From positions 12,768-76,767 of the forward strand of contig JBBDWJ010000262.1 in NCBI GenBank assembly GCA_040902925.1: a DNA stretch of 64,000 nucleotides, read 5' to 3'. Numbering within the stretch: position 1 is the first letter of the stretch; each line of letters starts with the position of its first letter. A program made the translations under genes and the position numbers. The notes under the pieces were generated by a model. That model did not search any database. It saw nothing but the letters and a program-made list of their open reading frames with translations, and was not told where the DNA came from. Source of the DNA: Bryobacterales bacterium. Lineage in GTDB: Bacteria > Acidobacteriota > Terriglobia > Bryobacterales > UBA6623. Below, one piece after another: positions 47,364 through 55,989 of this stretch.

Positions 47364-49193
47364 CTATCTCTCGACGGCGATTTCGACCGTGTTGCTAAGG
47401 CCGCCGTTAGGGTTTTCGATGTTGATCGGCGTCCGCGCGTTGGTGGGCGCCTCGTCGGGAACGGTCACGTTGATTTGGAACAGCCCCACGAAGTTCGGCG
47501 TGAGCCCGACAAACGAAGGAGTTTCCCGCAGCGGAAACAGGAAACGCGCCAGGAAATTGACCGTTGGCACCTCGACGACCCGAGCCAGCGGCTCCTGCCC
47601 CGGTGCGGCGGCCCCGCTTGGAACGACCGGCGCCACGTCGCCGAGCCCCGTGGCATAGATGGTGAGGACGTCTCCGGGACGCGCCGGCGCTCCATTAATT
47701 CCAAGTTCGGCCGCCAGCTCGCGCGGGATAGGGAAATTGTTGCCCTGCGAGGCATTGGTAATAGCTCCGTACTCGCCTAACAGGACGGGATTTAGCCGGA
47801 AAAGCCCTGGCGAGCGGTTGGCCACGGTCGCGGTAATGGTGTTACCCGTCTGGCCGTCGCGGACGACCTGTACCGTCGTAACTCCCAAGGGCACTTCATT
47901 GGGAACCTGGAAATTGATCTGCCCCCAGGAGGTGAACACCAGCGGCGCCGCGACCCCGCCGATCATGACCTGCGTGGAATCCAGCTCAGTGGGCAGAGGC
48001 GTTTCACCCGCCAACGACACGGCATAGGCAAACTGGCTACCGAACAGGGAGACCAAAGTGCCCCTGGCCAGCGGCTGATTCGGACTAAAAGTGGCGCCAT
48101 TGACTACCCCTCGGAAGCTCACTTCGGGGGCCTTTGGCGCCTCCACCGTGAACAGGACCTTAACCTCCGAAGGGCTATTGGCGGCGTTCGACGCTATGCT
48201 TATCGTTCCCGTATAGAGGCCGGGTTCGAGGCCCTCCTGCTTGGCAGTGACCTGGTAAACCGTCGGGCTGGCTTGCCCCGGGTTGGGCGACAAGGCTGCC
48301 TGGACGGCCTCCACCAACAGCCAGTCGCCGCCGGAATCGGTCTCGACCTCGATGTCACCGGCCGTGAGCGTCCCGTTGCCGCGATTCGCCAGCAGCACGG
48401 CCTGGATCGGGGCCTCAATGCCCGCCGCCGTGAGAATCTGCAACGTCTTCGCACTGGGCTGTGCGATTGGATTGCTGGTCACGTGCACGTTTACGGGGAA
48501 GGAGCGGTTGTCTCCCGAGAAGCTCGAACCGGCCACTGTAGCCGTGGTAGCCGTGTCGGCCGGCATGCCTGCCTGATAGGCAGCGGTGATGCGATGGGTG
48601 TATAGAAACTGAAATGACCCGCTACCCGACGTGGATACGGTGAGAAACCCCCCGGCCGGGGAGCTCAAGGTGGCGGCCTGGGTCCGGACCGCCGGCTCCG
48701 GAGTCTCGAACTCTACCCATTCCTTGACCGCTGCGTCGGGCGGCAGATAGAAGTCAACGGCTTCGGGCACGTTACCGCCGACGTAGACTTTGATCGGCAC
48801 GCTTTGGGGCGCGTCCACGGCGTTCGAGTCTTCGACCACGACCTCGCCCGTATAGGTGCCATTGGGCAACGCCGCCGTGTCGAACAGCACCCGCACGATC
48901 GTGCATGTGACCGCCGTGTTGGTGCTGCAGGGTTGCGTGCCCTGGACAGATGGATTCAGCCACTCGGCCCAGCCGCCGTTGACGCTCAGGCTTAGCGCGC
49001 CGTCACCGGAATTCCAGGCTTCAAACGTCAAATTGCTGGGGCCATTGGTGCCCGAAGCGATCCAAATCGGTCGTACCGCGCCGTTTGCTTGCCGCAACGA
49101 GTCGGGGACGGTCAGCCGTAAGGTGGGTGCCGCCTGCGCGGCCGAAGCAGCCAGAAGCAGGCTGAGACATCCAAAGAAAGCTCTCTTTGCCAT
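47364..49193 (-). CDS. secreted Ig-like-repeat protein with a TIGR03437-like C-terminal domain
   Basis: Signal peptide AAQA/AP. Repeated ...G(T/L)YTG.(V/I)....SNA..(A/S)P..V.(I/V)K.. modules look like an Ig-like fold. The C-terminal part reads LPTELDSTQVMIGGVAAPLVFTSWGQINFQVP...FVGLFQINVTVP. Confidence 0.75.
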   Translation of the reverse strand: MAKRAFFGCLSLLLAASAAQAAPTLRLTVPDSLRQANGAVRPIWIASGTNGPSNLTFEAWNSGDGALSLSVNGGWAEWLNPSVQGTQPCSTNTAVTCTIVRVLFDTAALPNGTYTGEVVVEDSNAVDAPQSVPIKVYVGGNVPEAVDFYLPPDAAVKEWVEFETPEPAVRTQAATLSSPAGGFLTVSTSGSGSFQFLYTHRITAAYQAGMPADTATTATVAGSSFSGDNRSFPVNVHVTSNPIAQPSAKTLQILTAAGIEAPIQAVLLANRGNGTLTAGDIEVETDSGGDWLLVEAVQAALSPNPGQASPTVYQVTAKQEGLEPGLYTGTISIASNAANSPSEVKVLFTVEAPKAPEVSFRGVVNGATFSPNQPLARGTLVSLFGSQFAYAVSLAGETPLPTELDSTQVMIGGVAAPLVFTSWGQINFQVPNEVPLGVTTVQVVRDGQTGNTITATVANRSPGLFRLNPVLLGEYGAITNASQGNNFPIPRELAAELGINGAPARPGDVLTIYATGLGDVAPVVPSGAAAPGQEPLARVVEVPTVNFLARFLFPLRETPSFVGLTPNFVGLFQINVTVPDEAPTNARTPINIENPNGGLSNTVEIAVER

Positions 49194-49542
49194 AGTTATT
49201 TTTGTCCAGGTGGGAAGTGCGACGCGAACGTGCGGAAACTCTCTATTCTATACCGCGGCGGGCCGCCGTTTCTATAGCACGCCAGGGGCCGCGGTCAGAT
49301 AGTGGGTCGACGGAATGCCTTACGCTGGTTAGAGTCGGCGGCCGGGCGCGCCGGTTTTCCCGTCGCTAGGGGCCGCCGCTCTCCGATTATCCCTGGAGAC
49401 CGCGACTATGCCCGGAGGCGGCGACTGCTTGGGAGCTACCAAACCGGCCAAAAATCGACTGCCCACCCGTCCTAAGACAAAAACCCGGTTGCACGGTTCG
49501 GGGCTATCGAACGTATCTATTTACAGAACGCAGGAGGGAATC

Positions 49543-51603
49543 ATGCGAATTCGCAGCGCTGGCGCGCTCGCTCTGGCCTTGGTCTTCAGCTTCGATTTGG
49601 CGGCGGCGGAGCTTTCCGTCAGCAAAGTCGTGCTTTACAAGCATGGCATCGGCTTTTTTGAACGGACAGGAGATATTGCGACCGGCGACAACGCTCAACT
49701 GCAGTTCAAGGCCGACGAGATGGACGACGTGCTGAAGTCGCTCACGATCGAGCAACAAGGCGGGCAGGGCGTTTCGGCGATTCGCTATGACTCGAGCGAC
49801 CCCCTTTCGAAGCGTCTCGAAGTTTTTCCGTTCCGTATCGGAGAGCGGACCACGCTGGGTATGATTCTTGATCAGTTCAAGGGCGCACAGATCGAATTGC
49901 GGATGACCGGCGGCAACGTACAGGGCGCCATTGTCAGCGCGCGCACCGTCGCCGCTAGCGAGAAACAGCCCGAGCACGAAGAGCTGTTGCTTCTGATGGC
50001 GAACGGCGAGCTGCGGACGGTGGATCCGGCCGCAGCCGCGGGCTTGCGGTTTGTCGACCCGAAGCTACAGACGCAATTCGTGGACTACCTGGGCATTGTC
50101 AGCCGCTCGCGCGACCTCGAGAAGCGCACCGTCACGATCGAATCGCAAGGCGGCGCGAGCCGCGTCACCGCCAGCTACGTAGTCCCCACGCCGATCTGGA
50201 AAACCAGCTACCGGTTGGTATTCGGTGACGGGCCGCAGCCCCTGCTCGAAGGTTGGGCCATCGTGGACAACACCACGGGCGAGGATTGGACCAACGTCAA
50301 TTTGTCCCTGGTATCGGGTCTGCCTGTTTCCTTCATCAGCAAGCTCTATGAGCCGCGCTATCTGGAGCGGCCGGTGATTCAGTTGGCGCAAGACCGCGCC
50401 TGGCGGCCGACAGTGCACGGCGGAGCCATCGAGGAATCGGTACAGGCCGCTCCGCCCGAGCCGGCGTTGGCCATGGCGCCCAGCGCAGGGTTCATCGGCG
50501 GCACCGAGCAGTTCGCGAAAGAGAACCGCTCTTACCGCCAGAAGGTGATGGCGGACCAAGCGAGCCCGTTCGGCGCGGCGGCTGGGATCGTCCCACGCCG
50601 GGAGATGGCTTCCACGGTGGCGGCGACCGCGGTTCGAGCCGAGCTTGGCGAACTTTTCGAATATCGTATCGACCATGCTGTTACCGTCCGCGCCGGCGAG
50701 TCGGCGATGCTGCCGTTTTTCCGTGCCAATGTACAGGCGCGCCGGCTGCTGATCTATGACGAGAGCAGCGGCTCGCAGCATCCGCTCAACGCCGTCGAGG
50801 TGACCAACTCGGCCGGCACAACGCTCGATGGCGGCGCGATCACCGTCTACGATGCGAATGCCTACGCGGGAGAAGCTCTTGTTGAGACCGTGAAATCGGG
50901 CGACAAGCGCCTGATCAGCTACGCCGTCGACCTCGGCACGCGCATCACTACGGCATTCGACAGCGAGAGCAAGCTGCTCAGCGAATTTCATTTCCGCCGC
51001 GGCATCCTAACCTTCCGCAATTCGAATCTCGAAACCAAGACGTTTACGATTCACAACGTCGACAGCAAGCCGAAGACGGTGGTCATCGAGCACCCGGTGC
51101 GGCCGGAATACAACCTGGTCGGCATGAAGCCCGCGCAGACGACAGCCAACGCCTACCGGTTTGAGATTCAGGTCGCCCCGAACGAGACCAAGAAGTTCCC
51201 GGTCAAGGAGGAGTACGTCTACAACGAAGACGTCGCGGTCGCGAACCTCACTCACGACCATTTGTTCTCGTATGTCCGCAACAAAGAGCTCAACGAAGAA
51301 GGCCGCAAGAAGCTTCAGCAGATCGCCGAGCTGAAGCGGCAGATCGCCGACGCCGACCGCGACCTCCAGCGGATCGAGGAACAGACCCGCTCGATTTTTG
51401 AAGATCAGAACCGGCTGCGCAACAACATCTCGACGCTTCGCTCGGTTCCAGGGCAGGAGGCCAAGGTTCAGGAGTACGCGAACACGCTGTCCCGGCAGGA
51501 AGGCGAGTTGGTCTCGCAGCGCGACCGCCAGGCGCAACTCAAGCAGCAGCGCGACGAGCTGGAGCGCCAGGCGAACGAACTGATCGAGACTTTGGAGTTC
51601 TAA
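49543..51603 (+). CDS. DUF4139-family protein with a C-terminal coiled coil, secreted
   Basis: ATG at 49543 with AGGAGGG upstream, plus a signal peptide. PIWKTSYRLVF...GWAIVDNTTGEDWTNVNLSLVSG matches the DUF4139 core. The last ~110 aa are heptad-like (QQIAELKRQIADADRDLQRIEEQ...). Confidence 0.7.
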   Translation: MRIRSAGALALALVFSFDLAAAELSVSKVVLYKHGIGFFERTGDIATGDNAQLQFKADEMDDVLKSLTIEQQGGQGVSAIRYDSSDPLSKRLEVFPFRIGERTTLGMILDQFKGAQIELRMTGGNVQGAIVSARTVAASEKQPEHEELLLLMANGELRTVDPAAAAGLRFVDPKLQTQFVDYLGIVSRSRDLEKRTVTIESQGGASRVTASYVVPTPIWKTSYRLVFGDGPQPLLEGWAIVDNTTGEDWTNVNLSLVSGLPVSFISKLYEPRYLERPVIQLAQDRAWRPTVHGGAIEESVQAAPPEPALAMAPSAGFIGGTEQFAKENRSYRQKVMADQASPFGAAAGIVPRREMASTVAATAVRAELGELFEYRIDHAVTVRAGESAMLPFFRANVQARRLLIYDESSGSQHPLNAVEVTNSAGTTLDGGAITVYDANAYAGEALVETVKSGDKRLISYAVDLGTRITTAFDSESKLLSEFHFRRGILTFRNSNLETKTFTIHNVDSKPKTVVIEHPVRPEYNLVGMKPAQTTANAYRFEIQVAPNETKKFPVKEEYVYNEDVAVANLTHDHLFSYVRNKELNEEGRKKLQQIAELKRQIADADRDLQRIEEQTRSIFEDQNRLRNNISTLRSVPGQEAKVQEYANTLSRQEGELVSQRDRQAQLKQQRDELERQANELIETLEF

Positions 51604-51633
51604 TGTCGTGACCCGCGGCGACGCCGCGCAGTC

Positions 51634-52125
51634 TCAGTCCGCCGCGTCCTCGAATTCAATTTGCGCGACAAACAGGCTGGGAACGACCTGGTTCCAGTCG
51701 GCAGGCAGGTTGTCAAAGGCGAGCCGGAACGCCTGCTCTTCCTGCGGCGAAAGAGAACCGGTCCTGGGCCCGACAATGACGCTCAGCTCGCGTGCGATCT
51801 CGACGCCGTTGACGTCCCGGAACACGCAATAGATCTGCACCAGGCTTACGGTACGGCTGCCGATATTCTTGATCTTGCCGGTAATCTCAACCAGCGTCTG
51901 ATCGAGAAACGTGTCGGACGCGGCCATCTCGACGCCGGCCAGGTCGAGATTGGGCAGGTAGGCTTCCGCCTCGGGGGTGAGCACGGGAACTTCCTCTCCT
52001 TGATGCTGCGACACCAGGTAGAAGACGGCGCCCAAGCCGAGTAGCACGACGACCGCCCCGATGATCAGTGGGACGGGGTCCCGCCGTTGTTTCTCCAGTT
52101 CCTTTCCCGTTTCCAGTACACCCAA
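51634..52125 (-). CDS. hypothetical single-pass membrane protein with a C-terminal beta-rich domain
   Basis: TM PLIIGAVVVLLGLGAVFYLV followed by ...VEITGKIKNIGSRTVSLVQIYCVFRDVNGVEI.... I propose a TTG start at 52125, after GGGAGA; the track ORF extends to 52299. Confidence 0.45.
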   Translation of the reverse strand: MGVLETGKELEKQRRDPVPLIIGAVVVLLGLGAVFYLVSQHQGEEVPVLTPEAEAYLPNLDLAGVEMAASDTFLDQTLVEITGKIKNIGSRTVSLVQIYCVFRDVNGVEIARELSVIVGPRTGSLSPQEEQAFRLAFDNLPADWNQVVPSLFVAQIEFEDAAD

Positions 52126-52490
52126 CGAAATGGATCTCCCTTCTCCAATCCCCGGCCGCCGCGATTCCACTGCTGTTCTAATTTGTATCTTGTCACAGAA
52201 GGTGCGTCGGGTTGCGAGGGCCCCAGGGCTTTCCGGAGCAAAAGCCGAAACGCGTTTATCGAGGCCTTTGCACCCCCTTGGTACGCCTCCGCGCGCCAAG
52301 CGTCGCGCGCCTCCTAGCCACGGGCTTCTGACGCCTCTCGCTACGACACCTTATGAGATATGCGGGGTGAAATATGCGGGCTAGAATGAAGAGGCGGCGG
52401 GCGGGCTACCTCGATTCGCCGCATTCCGGAACGGCTGGCTTCCCAGGTCAGGCTGATTCATTGAGCACCCCCTATCGCGACTGACAACGG

Positions 52491-53333
52491 ATGACTGACT
52501 CGCACCACAACGGGACGATTGTCTGCTGGGATCGCGAGCTATCGCTCGAACGGGTTTTACTGATGGGCGTCGTCAACGTCACGCCCGACTCGTTTTCCGA
52601 TGGCGGGCAGTTTCTCGACGCGCGGCGCGCGGTCGACCATGCGAAGCGCCTACTGGACGAGGGCGCCGATATTCTCGATATCGGTGGCGAAAGCTCGCGG
52701 CCCGGCTCCGACCCGGTGAGCGATGAACAGGAGTGGGCGCGCCTCAAGCCGGTGCTCGAAGCACTGCTGCGGAACGGCGGCGCCCCTGTTTCGGTGGATA
52801 CTTATAGACCGGCCACGGCGAACCGCGCCCTGGAGCTCGGCGCGCACATCATCAATGACATCAGCGGGCTTCGCGATCCCGAGATGGCCGAGGTGGCCGC
52901 CAGGCATCAGGCGCCGGTGGTCATCATGCATATGAGGGGACAACCCAAAACGATGCAACAAGACGTGCACTACGAAGACGTCGTCGAGGAAGTCAAAGGC
53001 TTTCTGGCCGCCCAGGCGCGGCGCGCGGCCGAGGCGGGCGTCCGGCAGATCATTCTTGATCCCGGCATCGGCTTCGGCAAGAACACGGATCACAACCTGC
53101 AACTGATGCGCCGGCTCGGCGAGTTCGCGGCGCTGCCCTACCCGCTGCTGGTGGGTCCCTCGCGCAAGGCTTTTCTTGGCCACGTTACCGGTTCCGCAGT
53201 CGGCGAGCGGCTCGAAGCGACCCTCGCGGCGGTTACCGCGGCCGTGCTCGGCGGCGCGAATATCGTGCGCGTCCACGACGTGAAGCAGTGCCGCCAGGCG
53301 GTTCTCGTTGCGGAGGCGATTCGCGGGGCTTAG
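52491..53333 (+). CDS. folP: dihydropteroate synthase
   Basis: GVVNVTPDSFSDGG, DIGGESSRPG and the pterin-binding pattern. Confidence 0.92.
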   Translation: MTDSHHNGTIVCWDRELSLERVLLMGVVNVTPDSFSDGGQFLDARRAVDHAKRLLDEGADILDIGGESSRPGSDPVSDEQEWARLKPVLEALLRNGGAPVSVDTYRPATANRALELGAHIINDISGLRDPEMAEVAARHQAPVVIMHMRGQPKTMQQDVHYEDVVEEVKGFLAAQARRAAEAGVRQIILDPGIGFGKNTDHNLQLMRRLGEFAALPYPLLVGPSRKAFLGHVTGSAVGERLEATLAAVTAAVLGGANIVRVHDVKQCRQAVLVAEAIRGA

Positions 53334-53366
53334 CCCTGCCCGTGACCTATTTGGGCGTTTGGGTAT

Positions 53367-53732
53367 ATGGATAAGATCATCATCGAAGGCGCGTCATTCC
53401 AGTCGCACGTCGGTGTCTCCGAACAGGAACGCCGCCGGCAGCAGGAAATCCTCGTTGACCTTCACGTTTTCGTGGACCTGCGAGATGCCGGTACGCGCGA
53501 TGACCTCGGCGCCACGGTGTCGTACGTCGATATTCACGAGGTCGCCGCGAGAACCGTTGCCGCAAAACCTTACTTCCTGGTCGAGGCGATCGCGGAAGAC
53601 GTGGCGGCCAATGTCCTGGAGAGCTTTCGAGCGGTGACCGGACTTGTCGTCCGCGTTACCAAACCGGCGGCGTTGAGCGACCGCGGCGTGCCGTCGACAG
53701 GCGTTGAGATCACACGGATGAGGAATGAGTGA
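53367..53732 (+). CDS. folB: dihydroneopterin aldolase
   Basis: 121 aa starting MDKIIIEGASFQSHVGVSEQER. It sits between folP and folK. Confidence 0.88.
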   Translation: MDKIIIEGASFQSHVGVSEQERRRQQEILVDLHVFVDLRDAGTRDDLGATVSYVDIHEVAARTVAAKPYFLVEAIAEDVAANVLESFRAVTGLVVRVTKPAALSDRGVPSTGVEITRMRNE

Positions 53733-54240
53733 AGTCTGGCTCGGCCTCGGGTCGAATCTTGGGGACAAGCGCGCCAACATTCTGCGCGCTCTCGATTCGC
53801 TCGCTGTGGTGTGCAGCCTGAGCAAAGTATCGTCGCTTTATAAAACCGAGCCGGTAGGGTTCAAGAATCAGGATTGGTTTCTGAACTGCGCCGTGAAAGG
53901 CGACACGGAGCTTCCTCCGCGGGCCCTGCTCGACGCGCTGAAAGAGATCGAGCGAACCATGGGGCGCACGGAATGGATCAGGAACGGCCCGCGCGTGATC
54001 GACCTGGACATTCTGCTCTATGACGGGCTGGCCGCTGAGGAAAGCGGCCTCGTGATCCCGCATCCACGCATGCACGAGCGTTCTTTCGTGCTGATCCCGC
54101 TTCGCGAGATCGACCCGTCTGTGGTCCATCCGGGTATGGACAAGACCATTGAGGAGTTGGCGGATTCGCTGCGAAACCCGGAGCGGGTCGAGTTGTTCGA
54201 AACGCTCGGCCTCGGCGGAAACAGGGGCGGAAAGCTTTGA
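53725..54240 (+). CDS. folK: 2-amino-4-hydroxy-6-hydroxymethyldihydropteridine diphosphokinase
   Basis: VWLGLGSNLGD ... NGPRVIDLDILLY ... HPRMHERSFVL. It overlaps the end of folB by 8 nt. Confidence 0.9.
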   Translation: MSEVWLGLGSNLGDKRANILRALDSLAVVCSLSKVSSLYKTEPVGFKNQDWFLNCAVKGDTELPPRALLDALKEIERTMGRTEWIRNGPRVIDLDILLYDGLAAEESGLVIPHPRMHERSFVLIPLREIDPSVVHPGMDKTIEELADSLRNPERVELFETLGLGGNRGGKL

Positions 54241-54290
54241 AGAAAACCTGCCGGGCCGCGCCGCTTCGGATGCCCGATGGAGAGATCGGC

Positions 54291-54638
54291 CTAAGATCCC
54301 GCGCTTTCGCTTGAGGTCTCCCCGCGCACGGACTGGCGGGCTTCTTCCGCCCAACTCCTGCCGCGCTGGTAGAGGTCGGAGGCAGCCTCCTTGCCTTTCT
54401 CAAGCCGCTGCGATGCTTCGTCAGCGAGACCTTTGCCTCGTTCATAGAGATCGCGCCCGCGCTCCATCGCTTCGCGGCCTGACTTTGCCAATCGTTCGCG
54501 CTCTTCCAGCGCCCGCCGCCGAATCGCGTCACGCGTCTCGTGGCCGGGTTGCGGCGCGTACAAAAGAGCTACGGCCGCGCCGATCGCGGCTCCGGCCAAA
54601 AACCACGCCATGCTGCTTCCATCGTTATCGTGTGCCAT
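54291..54638 (-). CDS. YtxH domain-containing protein
   Basis: WFLAGAAIGAAVALLYAPQPGHETR followed by a charged helical tail. Confidence 0.7.
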   Translation of the reverse strand: MAHDNDGSSMAWFLAGAAIGAAVALLYAPQPGHETRDAIRRRALEERERLAKSGREAMERGRDLYERGKGLADEASQRLEKGKEAASDLYQRGRSWAEEARQSVRGETSSESAGS

Positions 54639-54927
54639 TTGTTTGTTCCGCCCTCTCCTTCAGTATATCGACGTTTGACCGCCAAGTTGTTGTGTGACGG
54701 GGCTTGTGCCGACTAAGAATACGGCCGACACCATGGGACACGTCTCGCGGCGCTGCTGTTTCAATCGATGCCGCCGCGAGTCGCGGACATAGGGGACGGC
54801 CACCTTCCAGCCGGAGAGCTGGCGGCTACTACCATTTTGAAAGTCCGCTAAAGCGCTACCCCTAGGCAGCCGATCGCTAAGTACATACGCGGGTCCCAGA
54901 GACAGTTTCCGGGCTACGAGTGAAGTC

Positions 54928-55989
54928 ATGTCCATAACGCTGGCGCAAACCAATCGGGAGCTGAAATTCGAGCCGGCCCACCAGGTTGAACCTCACGGCC
55001 AATCCGAATCCTGCCAAACTGAGCTGAGTCTTAGACGGGAGCTCCAGACACGGCTGCGCTGCCCGGCCTGCGGCGGTCTTCTCCAACTGACGCCGCAAGA
55101 CTACGCCTGCCTCCACAGCGGCTGCCAGCGCCGATTCCAAATCGTGGAAGGGGTTCCTGTACTGATCGACGAAGGCTCGAGTGTCTTCAGTCTGCGCCAG
55201 GCCCTTAGCCGGCCGCCTTCAGCGTCCGCCTCGCCGTGGCAACGCTTTCGGCAACGATTGCGGAACCATCTCCCTACCCTGAGCGCGAACCCGGTGGCCG
55301 CTCAAAACATCGATGGGTTCCGGCGGCTGCTATTGGAGAAAAACCCGCGGCCTTCCGTCCTAGTGATCGGTGGCGGATGGCTGGGAGCCGGAATGCAACC
55401 GCTGCTCGGCGACTCACGAATCGACTGCGTCGAAACCGATGTCTGGCTTAGCGACCGCACGGATCTGCTCTGCGACAGTCACCGGATTCCGTTTGCCAGT
55501 GGCACGTTCGATGGCGCGGTCATCCAGGCCGTGCTCGAACATGTCGCCGACCCGGAACAATGTGTGCGCGAGATCCGCCGCGTGCTCAAGCGGGGTGGCC
55601 TGGTTTACGCCGAAACCGCATTTATGCAGCAGGTCCACGCCGGCCGCCACGACCTCACGCGATTCACCGCGGTCGGCCACCGCAGATTGTTTCGCGGTTT
55701 CGAGCAGCTCGACGCCGGCGCGGCGGCGGGCCCGGCCGTGGTGCTTGCCTGGGCGTGGCAGCATTTCTTGCTGAGCTTTACAACCACACCCGCCGGCCGC
55801 GCCGCCGCAACCGTGACCGCCGCTCTCACGGCCTTCTGGCTCAAGTATCTGGACCGGGTGTTGCTCGCCAAGCCGGCAGCCCTCGACGCCGCCTCGGCCT
55901 GCTATTTCCTGGGAACGAGGCAAGAGCGCGAGCTGACCGACCGGGACGCCCTGGCGGCATACCGGGGGGCGCAACACGATGTCGTCTAG
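54928..55989 (+). CDS. class I SAM-dependent methyltransferase with an N-terminal Trm112-like zinc-ribbon segment
   Basis: LRCPACGGLLQL...GCQRRFQIVEGVPVLID followed by a methyltransferase core (VLVIGGG..., FDGAVIQAVLEHV, LKRGGLVY). Confidence 0.75.
   Translation: MSITLAQTNRELKFEPAHQVEPHGQSESCQTELSLRRELQTRLRCPACGGLLQLTPQDYACLHSGCQRRFQIVEGVPVLIDEGSSVFSLRQALSRPPSASASPWQRFRQRLRNHLPTLSANPVAAQNIDGFRRLLLEKNPRPSVLVIGGGWLGAGMQPLLGDSRIDCVETDVWLSDRTDLLCDSHRIPFASGTFDGAVIQAVLEHVADPEQCVREIRRVLKRGGLVYAETAFMQQVHAGRHDLTRFTAVGHRRLFRGFEQLDAGAAAGPAVVLAWAWQHFLLSFTTTPAGRAAATVTAALTAFWLKYLDRVLLAKPAALDAASACYFLGTRQERELTDRDALAAYRGAQHDVV

Noticed and set aside
52300-52490. Looked for a THF or other riboswitch upstream of folP
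   Set aside because: No recognisable conserved core and no terminator or anti-terminator pair are visible.
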